64,000 nucleotides of DNA from an uncultured virus (IMG/VR IMGVR_UViG_3300046786_000447) (lineage: Duplodnaviria > Heunggongvirae > Uroviricota > Caudoviricetes). The position numbers and the translations under genes are program-made. How positions within the stretch are numbered: position 1 is the first letter of the stretch; every line of letters begins with the position of its first letter. This document shows positions 9,748 through 18,279 of this stretch, in pieces. Below the pieces are notes generated by a model. It worked only from the letters and a program-made list of their open reading frames with translations, did not search any database and had not been told where the DNA came from. The stretch is taken from IMG/VR virus record IMGVR_UViG_3300046786_000447. The stretch is one strand, 5' to 3'.

Positions 9748-9983
9748 AAAGGGCGAGCCCCGTTATCAAATTGTTATAATTCTTACGGCGTGTCGATTTG
9801 ACTTTTTAAGTTATGTGTGCTAGTCTTATCTCATAAAATTAAATAGTAGATAAATAAATGTGGTTCAAATCACAATCCCAAAAGTCGGGAATGTCCGAAT
9901 TGTACCTCTCAATTTGTCAGACCCCCATGCTATACTTTCAGGTATAGAAAGTTAAAGAAAGTCTCTTGAAAGGAGAACTATAA

Positions 9984-10280
9984 ATGAAAAAGTTTCGTTC
10001 TATTGAAATCGGTTCAGCCGTTGCTATCTACAATCGTGCAGGTAGTAAAAAAATCGAAGGTTCAGAAAAGCCTAACGGCTCTTTCTTAGCCCGTAAAATG
10101 TTCTACACTAATCCTGTTGCTGTTGGTACAGTAACTAAGATTCACGGGCACAATGCCCACGCTGTCCGTATCACTCTTGATAACGGAAAAGAAATTGAAA
10201 TGGGTTTAGATACTCACTACCACCTAAATGGTGAAATCGGTGAGTGTGTTGCTCACCAAGATAATTACTCAATTATCTAA
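9984..10280 (+). CDS. early hypothetical protein
   Basis: GAAAGGAG RBS. Confidence 0.7.
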   Translation: MKKFRSIEIGSAVAIYNRAGSKKIEGSEKPNGSFLARKMFYTNPVAVGTVTKIHGHNAHAVRITLDNGKEIEMGLDTHYHLNGEIGECVAHQDNYSII

Positions 10281-10330
10281 ATGTCAGACCCCTGTTATAC
10301 AATTAAACTACTAAAGAAAGGTGACAACTA

Positions 10331-10531
10331 ATGTCAGCAAATGTCTATACAATCGAAGAAGCCCTAAAGGGAACTTACTATCGCTCACACACTCTTAGAG
10401 GTGTAATCGAATACGCAGAAAAGCGTGATGATGTTTGGTATCAAGGTGCAGAAGCGTACCTTGTAACTATCCGCCCAGAATACGGAATTGGGTATAAGTA
10501 TCGTACTATCGCAGTAAAGGTTGGTGAATAA
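10331..10531 (+). CDS. early hypothetical protein
   Basis: GAAAGGTG RBS. Confidence 0.7.
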   Translation: MSANVYTIEEALKGTYYRSHTLRGVIEYAEKRDDVWYQGAEAYLVTIRPEYGIGYKYRTIAVKVGE

Positions 10532-10736
10532 TATGTATCAGATAACTGTTGCCTATGATGGAAATCAAATCCATTTTAATCAAAACTATGCAGATGCTCT
10601 TGAAGCATTTACCGCATTTAATAACTTCAAGGATTGGGGTTGGGCACTTGAATACTCAACTGTTAATCTCTCAATGCCAACAGGCAAAATGTACACACGC
10701 ATTTTTCACCGAGATGGAAAGGTAGTAACACGATAA
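10521..10736 (+). CDS. early hypothetical protein
   Basis: ORF track; operon context. Confidence 0.6.
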   Translation: MVNNMYQITVAYDGNQIHFNQNYADALEAFTAFNNFKDWGWALEYSTVNLSMPTGKMYTRIFHRDGKVVTR

Positions 10737-10878
10737 TGGAAATCTTTATCTGTTCTGGGTGCAATACCCTCGCAACTGTAAAAATGACAGGCGACACGAT
10801 AACTGTTAATGCTTGCAAATGTCAGACCAATGCACTAAACTAATAACACAAACCAAATAGAAAAGGATAGAAAATAAA

Positions 10879-11067
10879 ATGATGACTCGTAAGGACTATG
10901 TAAAGACTGCACAGATTCTAAACAACTATGCAGATGAGATTGACTTTCTAGTATTGCAAGAAATTGCAGACGGATTCGCAGAAATGTTTGAGGCAGATAA
11001 CCCAAACTTTAACTATCAGAAATTTATTGACGCTGTTTTTGAGCCAATAAATTCAGACGAAGAATAA
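10879..11067 (+). CDS. early hypothetical protein (MTRKDY family)
   Basis: MTRKDY...F..DNP.F...KF pattern seen in phage early proteins. Confidence 0.7.
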   Translation: MMTRKDYVKTAQILNNYADEIDFLVLQEIADGFAEMFEADNPNFNYQKFIDAVFEPINSDEE

Positions 11068-11131
11068 AAAAGCTTCCCCCTGTTGGGCGGATCGTAGAAA
11101 TGCGACACGCCCGACTACGGGGGCGAGGCCC

Positions 11132-11152
11132 TGTGGATAACTTTGTGGATAA
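11132..11152. promoter_or_regulatory. tandem DnaA boxes
   Basis: TGTGGATAA twice. Confidence 0.7.
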
Positions 11153-11233
11153 CTATTATAACGTTTTGATAACATTTACGTATTAAGTCATTAAGGACTT
11201 GACTTCCTGATTCGAAAATGGTAGTATTAAGTT

Positions 11234-11410
11234 ATGAAAAATAAGACTAAGAAATATCAACCAACGGCTAACCCTGCCTATGCCGAAGGTATGAGAGAGA
11301 TTCGAAAGTCTAATGCTAGTGGCACTCACCTAGATCGAAGGACACGCCGATTAAGGACTAGACAAAGTGCTATCTATCGTGCTATTATTGACCAACAGAA
11401 AGAAGGATAA
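11234..11410 (+). CDS. early small basic protein (58 aa)
   Basis: open frame directly after a TTGACT-N17-TAGTAT promoter. Confidence 0.55.
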   Translation: MKNKTKKYQPTANPAYAEGMREIRKSNASGTHLDRRTRRLRTRQSAIYRAIIDQQKEG

Positions 11411-11412
11411 CT

Positions 11413-11700
11413 ATGGGAAGCAACATGGCAACGGAATTGGCTGATAAAGACCTATTCCCTAATCTAACACTAGAAGACGCAATTGGGATGCACTTACGTG
11501 GCAACCACTATCCACCTGTACCTCTAACTATGGTACAGCCTTGTATTGAAGCTATTAACGCTTACAATGAGGATGAAGGCTCACGTATGATTACCCTGCC
11601 CGAAGGCGTATCTTGGCGTGGAGCAATTGAGGCACCTGCCTATGCGATTATTGAGGCACACCACCTTGACGCTTGGCTTGACTTGGATGAAGATTACTGA
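11413..11700 (+). CDS. early hypothetical protein
   Basis: RBS; HLRGNHYPPVP motif. Confidence 0.7.
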   Translation: MGSNMATELADKDLFPNLTLEDAIGMHLRGNHYPPVPLTMVQPCIEAINAYNEDEGSRMITLPEGVSWRGAIEAPAYAIIEAHHLDAWLDLDEDY

Positions 11701-11731
11701 TAAAATAGTTTAAAGAAAGAAAGGAACCCCT

Positions 11732-12448
11732 ATGCTAACTCGTTCGAAAGATAGGAAAGTAACTAATGCCGTATCCCCTAATGGAAAAACCCCAACTATC
11801 GCCAACACTTTTGGATTACCTAGTGGAAAGGCTTACTCGTGCCCTGGTGCAACCACTGTATGTGAAAGTGTCTGCTACGCAGGAAAACTAGAGAAAGTCT
11901 ATAAAGGCGTAAAGAATGTATTGCTATCCAATTGGGAGCAATTGAAAGACGCTGATTATCTAACTATGTATAATCTATTGGATGAAATGATTATTGCATT
12001 CAAGAAAGATTGTGATAAGCGTAGTGCAGAAAAACTATTCCGTATTCACTGGGATGGTGATTTCTTTAATGAGACTTATGTATTAGCATGGAAGGATGTA
12101 ATCCTTAAGCATGCAGATACACAATTTTGGGCCTATACCCGTTCAGACTTTGCCGTTGAACCATTAACAGGTATTGCTAACCTATCACTTTATTTTAGTA
12201 CTGATAGTGCTAATCGTGTATTGGGTATTCAACTCAAGAAGAAGCATGACGTTAAGTTAGCATACCTTGCTAAGACTTTTGCAGAAGGCAAGGCAGACTT
12301 TGAAGCAATTCAAGATAAGGCTGCCATTCCATGCCCCGAAAATGCTAAGAAGATAAAACTGATTAGCGATAAGGGCAGTGCATGTGTAACTTGCTCACAA
12401 TGTGTATTTAATCGCAATGACATTCTATTTAGTGCAACTAAGAAATGA
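11732..12448 (+). CDS. Gp88-like (radical-SAM-like Fe-S) phage protein
   Basis: SCPGAT..C...CYA and FRIHWDGDF motifs, C-terminal CxxCxxC; resembles mycobacteriophage gp88 family. Confidence 0.7.
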   Translation: MLTRSKDRKVTNAVSPNGKTPTIANTFGLPSGKAYSCPGATTVCESVCYAGKLEKVYKGVKNVLLSNWEQLKDADYLTMYNLLDEMIIAFKKDCDKRSAEKLFRIHWDGDFFNETYVLAWKDVILKHADTQFWAYTRSDFAVEPLTGIANLSLYFSTDSANRVLGIQLKKKHDVKLAYLAKTFAEGKADFEAIQDKAAIPCPENAKKIKLISDKGSACVTCSQCVFNRNDILFSATKK

Positions 12449-12944
12449 GGAACTATGCAAACCTATACAGTTGAAAAACTAACCAATGATATCTATGAGG
12501 ATAACTATTCTCATATTGACTTTATAGAAAACATGAATAGCGGTGATTGTGATTGTAGCATTCATGCTGCCATGGATTTAATTGGGACGTATTGGGGAAA
12601 GAATTGTTAATCCTTGGAATATGCCTAGCTCTATTAACAATTTTTCTGATCCAATAAATGTCGGTGGGAGGGGCTCGCCCATTTTTATCTGTTTGTCAAG
12701 TTTTACGTATTTACGGCGTGTCGTTATGAAATCGTTATAAATAATGTCCGATTTGTGGCGTTTTGGATTTGCTATTGTCGGAGGGTTTCGCTATAATTGT
12801 AGTAGTTGGAAATCAGCAGACAAAAAAGTAAATAGTTGTTATCAAAATGTTATCAAATGGACTTGATAAATGTCAGAGGTATCCGCTACAATAGTATTAT
12901 CAACAAAAGTTGGTATAAAACAACAGAAATGGAAAGGAAGCAAA

Positions 12945-13097
12945 ATGACCGCAACTTACAAGATTGGTGACACTTTCACCACCCTCAAGTCAAAGGTTAC
13001 TGGAACTATCGAAGAGATTGTTCCTAACGCATCTGGCTCGGTGCGTGTTCGCCTAAATGTGAATGGTAATCCACGCTGGACTACCTACAAGGCATAA
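12945..13097 (+). CDS. early small SH3-like protein
   Basis: GGAAAGGAAG RBS before ATG 12945. Confidence 0.6.
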   Translation: MTATYKIGDTFTTLKSKVTGTIEEIVPNASGSVRVRLNVNGNPRWTTYKA

Positions 13098-13207
13098 CGG
13101 GTATGATGTGCTGGGTATCACAATAAACTACCCACCCACCAACTTGACTTATTACCCCAAGTCGTAGTAAAATAGTATAAACAAACAAATGAAAGAAGGA
13201 AGAAATA

Positions 13208-13654
13208 ATGGCAAAATCGCTAGCAGTAAAAATCCCAACGGCTTCTCTTATCGCAGAAGTTGAGTCACAAATCGCAAAGGTAGAGCAGGACATTGACAAC
13301 TACTCTGCCCTCCGTAAGCAGTATGACCTTGATGTAAAGCAGTATGAGAAGGAAGTTATCGCTCACGCTATCAAGGCACTATCTGACCCAACAAACATTG
13401 GAACTGAGAACGGCTCACTTGTTCGTGTAACAGGTAACTATCGCTACAACGGCGTATCTGTTGAGTTCGATACAGAGGCACTAGGCTTCCCTAAGCGACC
13501 TGAAGAACCACAGCGACCAAACGAAAAGACTTACTATGGTCGTGACTACACTACCAAGTTGGACTTGCTCAAGAAGAACCTAAAGGTTCTCAAGATGACT
13601 ACGCAGGAAGAAGTAAATGCTTCGACCTACAACTCCGTAATGGAACTTCTCTAA
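13208..13654 (+). CDS. early hypothetical protein
   Basis: RBS; 148 aa with coiled coil. Confidence 0.75.
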   Translation: MAKSLAVKIPTASLIAEVESQIAKVEQDIDNYSALRKQYDLDVKQYEKEVIAHAIKALSDPTNIGTENGSLVRVTGNYRYNGVSVEFDTEALGFPKRPEEPQRPNEKTYYGRDYTTKLDLLKKNLKVLKMTTQEEVNASTYNSVMELL

Positions 13655-13731
13655 ACTGAGAAACTGACCTGAGCAAGTCAATGATAAAAGGCTCACACTA
13701 ATAATCCCAACAAAGAATAGGAAAATAAAAA

Positions 13732-13911
13732 ATGGCTCGTAAGAAGATTGTAATCGCAACAGAAAAGTGGAACACCAAGAACGGTGAAATCTACAAGGCA
13801 GTAGTTCGTGACGCTAATGGACACTTCATTGGTGCTACTAATCAGACCAAGAACATTCCTGTAAGGCAGAAGCGAAAGTCGCCAATGACTCTCTTCCTTG
13901 TTGGGAAGTAA
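13732..13911 (+). CDS. early small basic protein (59 aa)
   Basis: AGGA RBS; open frame MARKKIVIATEKW. Confidence 0.6.
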   Translation: MARKKIVIATEKWNTKNGEIYKAVVRDANGHFIGATNQTKNIPVRQKRKSPMTLFLVGK

Positions 13912-14100
13912 GAAAAACTAACCTAGGTATGTTATTAAACTGCCTCCCCTTGTGGGGTTGACAAATGGATCAGCTGAGGGTTCGCCCTTTATAACGTTTT
14001 GGTAACATTTAAGAAAAAGCTTACGACACGCCGATGTACGATTTGCATTTGTCAGACCCCCTATGTATAATTATAGGTATAAAGAGAAAGAAGGAAAGAA

Positions 14101-14622
14101 ATGGGTACAAGAGGTATCACACAGGTAATCGATTCAAATGGTCAGACTGTTGTTGCACAGTATGGCCAATGGGACCACTATCCAGAAGGACAGGGTCTAA
14201 ACATTCTATCATTCTTGACTTCAAGTCACAACATTGTTGAACTACTTGAGAAGTCACTATTCAAATGCTACTTCGCAACTGAATCAGAGTTGGAAGAGAT
14301 GTACAAGCCATTCGTTACCGCTGATGGCATGATGACAATGGATAACAGCGATAAGTTTGCTGTAATGTATCCTAGTCTAACTAGAAACACAGGTTCAGAC
14401 ATTCTTAAGGTAGTTACTTATTCGACTGGCCGTGTTCCACTATCTAATCAGATTGACTTCATTGAGGACGACCTGATGTGTGAGGGTATCTATACAATTG
14501 ATTTCCAGACTAGACTATTCACTTCACAGTATGGTGGAAAAAAGGTTGTGTTTGCTCTTGACAAACTCCCTACCGCTGATTTATACTTGAATGAGTTCGC
14601 AAAGGAAGAGGTAATGGCATAA
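14101..14622 (+). CDS. early hypothetical protein (MGTRG...YGQWDHYPEG family)
   Basis: conserved phage early-protein motif MGTR...Y.(H/Q)WD.YP.G.G. Confidence 0.75.
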   Translation: MGTRGITQVIDSNGQTVVAQYGQWDHYPEGQGLNILSFLTSSHNIVELLEKSLFKCYFATESELEEMYKPFVTADGMMTMDNSDKFAVMYPSLTRNTGSDILKVVTYSTGRVPLSNQIDFIEDDLMCEGIYTIDFQTRLFTSQYGGKKVVFALDKLPTADLYLNEFAKEEVMA

Positions 14623-14813
14623 TGGAAAAGACAGAATACACAATCCTAACAGGTGAGTCATATAGCGTTATGGCCACAAGCGAAGATGAAGCAATGGCAA
14701 AGTTCTTTATTCATCTAGGTTTTGAAGATGAGGAAGACTATAAGGATTCAGGATTTGATTTCTCTGACCCTAATGATGTAGAATATAGCGAAACACTAAC
14801 GGAGGTATTGTAA
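14622..14813 (+). CDS. early hypothetical protein
   Basis: TAATG coupling. Confidence 0.65.
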   Translation: MEKTEYTILTGESYSVMATSEDEAMAKFFIHLGFEDEEDYKDSGFDFSDPNDVEYSETLTEVL

Positions 14814-15010
14814 TGAGTAAGTATCAAACGGTAACCGTCAAACTAACTGGCAATGATGGGAATGCATTCTCAATCATGGCCCAAGTCTCAAAGGCACTGC
14901 GTAAAGCTGGAGCTAGCTCTGAAGAGGTAGAACAGTATATGTCTGAGTCTATGTCTGGAGACTACAACAATCTTCTACGTACCGCAATGAAATGGGTTAA
15001 CGTAGAGTAA
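14813..15010 (+). CDS. early hypothetical protein (DGNAF family)
   Basis: LTGNDGNAFSIM...SGDY..LL motif. Confidence 0.75.
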   Translation: MSKYQTVTVKLTGNDGNAFSIMAQVSKALRKAGASSEEVEQYMSESMSGDYNNLLRTAMKWVNVE

Positions 15011-15017
15011 GAGGTAC

Positions 15018-15049
15018 TGCAGGCCGTTCATCCTTTCTTTCTGCCTGCA
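15018..15049 (+). ncRNA. hairpin with anti-SD/anti-AUG loop
   Basis: TGCAGGC/GCCTGCA stem; loop CGTTCATCCTTTCTTTCT. Confidence 0.45.
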
Positions 15050-15122
15050 TGCTAAGGGACCTGAGCACGTCCATGTAAACTGCTCATTACCCTTGCACTG
15101 GGGATCGAAAAGTGCTCGCCCC

Positions 15123-15152
15123 TGTGGATAACTCTGATCAGCCTGTGGATAA
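15123..15152. promoter_or_regulatory. tandem DnaA boxes
   Basis: TGTGGATAA at 15123 and 15144. Confidence 0.7.
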
Positions 15153-15270
15153 CTTTGTTACGAGATCGTTACGACACGCCCATGATTTTTGGCTATTTGA
15201 TTTGACATTGTCGGTGGGGTCATGTAAAATTATAGTATTAGAAAAACCCTACAACAGAAAGGAGCCTCTC

Positions 15271-16284
15271 ATGGCTCATTTGCTAGAATCAGACGCTAAC
15301 GGAAACACTGCTTTCGCATCTTTGCGAGAGCCTGCATGGCATGGTCTTGGAACTGTGTTCAATGAAGAAGTTACTACATCTAAGATGTTGGAACTCGCTC
15401 ACCTAGACAACTGGAATGTTCGTCTTGAAGACGTATCAATTCCTGACACATTCGCAAGTGACAAGAACTATTTCTTCGTTACTCGCACAAACCCATTCGA
15501 CAATTCTCAGAACGATGTTCTTGGCGTTGTTGGCGAACGCTACAAGGTTTTGCAGAATGAAGATTTGTTCTCATTCGGTGACAACATTCTTGATGGTGGC
15601 GGACGTTGGGAAACTGCTGGCTCAATCAAGGGTGGTCGTGTTGTGTTCGGCTCTCTTGCTCTTGAACGTGAAACTGTTCTTGACCCTACTGGCGTTGCAG
15701 ATAAGGTAAAGACTTATCTTCTAATCAACACCTCTCACGATGGTTCAATTGCAATTCAAGCAAGCATTACACCTGTTCGTGTTGTGTGTGCTAACACTCT
15801 AAACCTTGCTCTTGGCTCACGTGGTCGTGGTCCTAAGCAATCTTTCAAGATTCGTCACACTCAGACTGCAGAAGGCAAGATTGCTGTTGCACGTGAGACT
15901 CTTGGCTTGGCTAACAAGTACATGGACGAATTCGACAAGATGGCACACGCCATGATTCAGACTGAGGTCAATGCTAAGCAATTCAACGACATCATTCTTG
16001 CTGCTTATCCTAAGCCTGACAAGGACACTAAGGGTGCTGTCAAGAAGTGGGAAAACAAGGTAGATGTTATCAATGACATTTACACTGGTCAATTCAACGG
16101 CATGATTGCTGGCAACGCTTGGGGTGCTTTCAATGCACTAACTGAACGTCTTGATTGGTATCGCTCAGCACGTGGTGGTTCTAACGAATCTATCCTTGCA
16201 AGTGCAAGTGGATTTGACCCTGCTATCAATGCAGAAAAGAATCGCCTGCTCAAGATTGTGCAGAACACTTTGCAGACTGCATAA
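15271..16284 (+). CDS. DUF932 family phage/plasmid protein
   Basis: PAWHGLG, Y..LQN, ETAGS..GG..VF, NTSHDGS, TPVRVVCANTL; GAAAGGAG RBS before ATG 15271. Confidence 0.9.
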   Translation: MAHLLESDANGNTAFASLREPAWHGLGTVFNEEVTTSKMLELAHLDNWNVRLEDVSIPDTFASDKNYFFVTRTNPFDNSQNDVLGVVGERYKVLQNEDLFSFGDNILDGGGRWETAGSIKGGRVVFGSLALERETVLDPTGVADKVKTYLLINTSHDGSIAIQASITPVRVVCANTLNLALGSRGRGPKQSFKIRHTQTAEGKIAVARETLGLANKYMDEFDKMAHAMIQTEVNAKQFNDIILAAYPKPDKDTKGAVKKWENKVDVINDIYTGQFNGMIAGNAWGAFNALTERLDWYRSARGGSNESILASASGFDPAINAEKNRLLKIVQNTLQTA

Positions 16285-16567
16285 TTATGCACTCCTAGGC
16301 ATGAGTATAAACTGCCTCCCTCTGGGGATCGTGTTAAGCTTGACAAACGCACGAAAAGGGGCTCGCCCCAAATTGTTTTATTTGTCAAGTCAATTTAAAT
16401 TACGATAGTATAACATTTTCCTGGGATTACGTACACTAGGACAAATAGTCACAAATTGGACATTACGTAGCTTATTAGATCCATTTGGGGGATTACGTAC
16501 AGCCTACTTGACTTTGTCAGGGGGTAGGTGTAAAATTGAAGTATCAGAAAGTAGAAAGGAAAACCCC

Positions 16568-17098
16568 ATGCATGTATTGCAAAATATAGCAATTAAGGCA
16601 GAATCAAAAGATGAGGCTGCTGAAATTGTCAAATCTAAGTTCGATAGTATGTATTCAGAATCTGAGGGCTTAGGAGGCTGGAGTGATTGGTTCGTTGTTG
16701 GTGGTGGGCGTTGGAACAGCAGTTCTTCTAATCAGTACCACGATAGTAGTAATGACGTTATCTCTTATGTTGATAACATGGAACAATTTAATCTTACCGT
16801 TAGCAACTCTCTTCAATACCGTCGTGAAGAAGTGGAGAGAATGAAGGAACGTATTGACTTCGATAAGTTCCAGAATGTTATTGATAAGTTTATTTCAAAT
16901 GACTTCTCAAATGAGGATAGGTTTGATATGAACACATGGTATATCAAGAAGATTGCTAGTATTATTAATGGCGAATGGAACTCAGACAGTTATTTCTACG
17001 ACCTAGAAAACTATTCGACATCTTCAGAATATATGCAGGAGAACCTTGACAAGGGTTCTAAAAAATGGTATCTTGTACCAGTAGACTTCCACTTCTAA
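16568..17098 (+). CDS. early hypothetical protein
   Basis: WSDWFVVGGGRW and VPVDFH motifs; RBS before ATG 16568. Confidence 0.7.
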   Translation: MHVLQNIAIKAESKDEAAEIVKSKFDSMYSESEGLGGWSDWFVVGGGRWNSSSSNQYHDSSNDVISYVDNMEQFNLTVSNSLQYRREEVERMKERIDFDKFQNVIDKFISNDFSNEDRFDMNTWYIKKIASIINGEWNSDSYFYDLENYSTSSEYMQENLDKGSKKWYLVPVDFHF

Positions 17099-17116
17099 GA
17101 GAAAGTAGATAAACAA

Positions 17117-17296
17117 ATGGGAATATACAACGTTAAAGTAGTAGTTGAGTATGAGTATGAGGTAGAGGCTGATAACCTTGAAGAAGCAGAAAAGCAGGGT
17201 TTTGACTACGAGGAGTATTCTTACACTGCTGACATTTATAGCATAGACGCTGAAGAAGTTCCTTCTGATGAAGATGAGGAGGATGAAGATGAGTAA
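17117..17296 (+). CDS. early acidic small protein (59 aa)
   Basis: YEVEADNLEEAE motif; open frame. Confidence 0.6.
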   Translation: MGIYNVKVVVEYEYEVEADNLEEAEKQGFDYEEYSYTADIYSIDAEEVPSDEDEEDEDE

Positions 17297-17483
17297 GTAT
17301 ATTACCAATGTTAATGGTGATTGGTGGGAGCTTGACCCTACCCACCCAGTTTGGGTGCTAGACACTGACGATTTGACGGCAGAGCAATTGTCTGCTATCA
17401 TTGATGAACATGACGGATTTGGCAATGACAAGTTCGAAGACGTAATTCGAGAGTATGGAAGAGAGACCCCACTTAATGTCTAA
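17268..17483 (+). CDS. early hypothetical protein
   Basis: ORF track; real start probably MSKY. Confidence 0.6.
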   Translation: MKMRRMKMSKYITNVNGDWWELDPTHPVWVLDTDDLTAEQLSAIIDEHDGFGNDKFEDVIREYGRETPLNV

Positions 17484-17904
17484 GTTTTATACATATGGCT
17501 CTTGGGTAGATACCTTTAAGCCAATCAGAAATAATATCAGTAAGTATCAAGACGACAGCCTTATCCACTTTGAGACCTATGGTGAAGAAGTAGATTTTGT
17601 AAAGAAGGCTGACCCTAAGCACATCTGGACTGAAGTAGATGGTGACGAGGGTACTTATATCGTAGCAGGCTGGCACTTTGTCAATCGTATTCACTACTAC
17701 ATCACAGAGAATCCTTGGGAAGATGAATACACAGAGATTCCTACTTGGACCTACCGTCCCTGTGACTGCTCTGATGAGACTGAAGATGGCGAATACAATC
17801 CTGAATGCCCTGAGTGTGATGAGGGCCTAGTAGATATCGACTGTGACACCGTAGAAGCACTTAAGCAGATTTATGGAGAAGACAATGCTGACATTATTTC
17901 GTAA
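17455..17904 (+). CDS. early hypothetical protein
   Basis: FETYG.E...G.HFVNRI.YY motif. Confidence 0.65.
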   Translation: MEERPHLMSKFYTYGSWVDTFKPIRNNISKYQDDSLIHFETYGEEVDFVKKADPKHIWTEVDGDEGTYIVAGWHFVNRIHYYITENPWEDEYTEIPTWTYRPCDCSDETEDGEYNPECPECDEGLVDIDCDTVEALKQIYGEDNADIIS

Positions 17905-18226
17905 GAAAGCTAAGACCATGATTGACTATGACCTGAACATCTTCATGCTGGAGATTCAGGACCCAATGACTGATGAATGGTACTACGACCCCACCTCGTG
18001 GCATGTGCACGTATACAAGGTAGATGGAGCTGGACACCATGAGGTTGACGTTGCAAGGCCACTAACACCTGAAGAGATTAGAGGCCTGGCCCTTAACAAC
18101 GATCCATATTTTGATGGTGGCGATGCCTGGTATGGAATGTATGGGTACCTACAGGACTATGCTAGCATCATCCCTGAATCTATTAAAGAATACTTGGAAT
18201 CATTCCCAATGTATGAAGCTTCCTAG
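17873..18226 (+). CDS. early hypothetical protein
   Basis: ORF track; operon context. Confidence 0.6.
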   Translation: MEKTMLTLFRKKAKTMIDYDLNIFMLEIQDPMTDEWYYDPTSWHVHVYKVDGAGHHEVDVARPLTPEEIRGLALNNDPYFDGGDAWYGMYGYLQDYASIIPESIKEYLESFPMYEAS

Positions 18227-18279
18227 TTGAGCTTAGCTCCTAGGATATGGTACAGCTAAGGGGTTGGCTGTATCACCAA

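Larger units (their letters stand above)
13107..16317 (+). ncRNA. five dispersed copies of a ~28-nt H-type pseudoknot motif
   Basis: 13107-13134, 13665-13695, 13919-13945, 15057-15086, 16291-16317; covarying stems; each just 3' of a stop codon. Confidence 0.75.
8153..16536 (+). promoter_or_regulatory. family of 11 early promoters TGTC(A/G/T)G-N10-TANNNT (PafBC/RecA-NDp type)
   Basis: copies start at 8153, 8810, 9382, 9915, 10282, 10820, 12776, 12871, 14050, 15209 and 16515; all have an exact 10-nt spacer and lie upstream of SD-led ORFs. Confidence 0.85.

Noticed and set aside
15112..15270. N-terminal extensions of ORFs 15112, 8142, 12870 and 16508
   Set aside because: Extensions run through promoter or DnaA-box DNA; strong RBSs mark later ATGs
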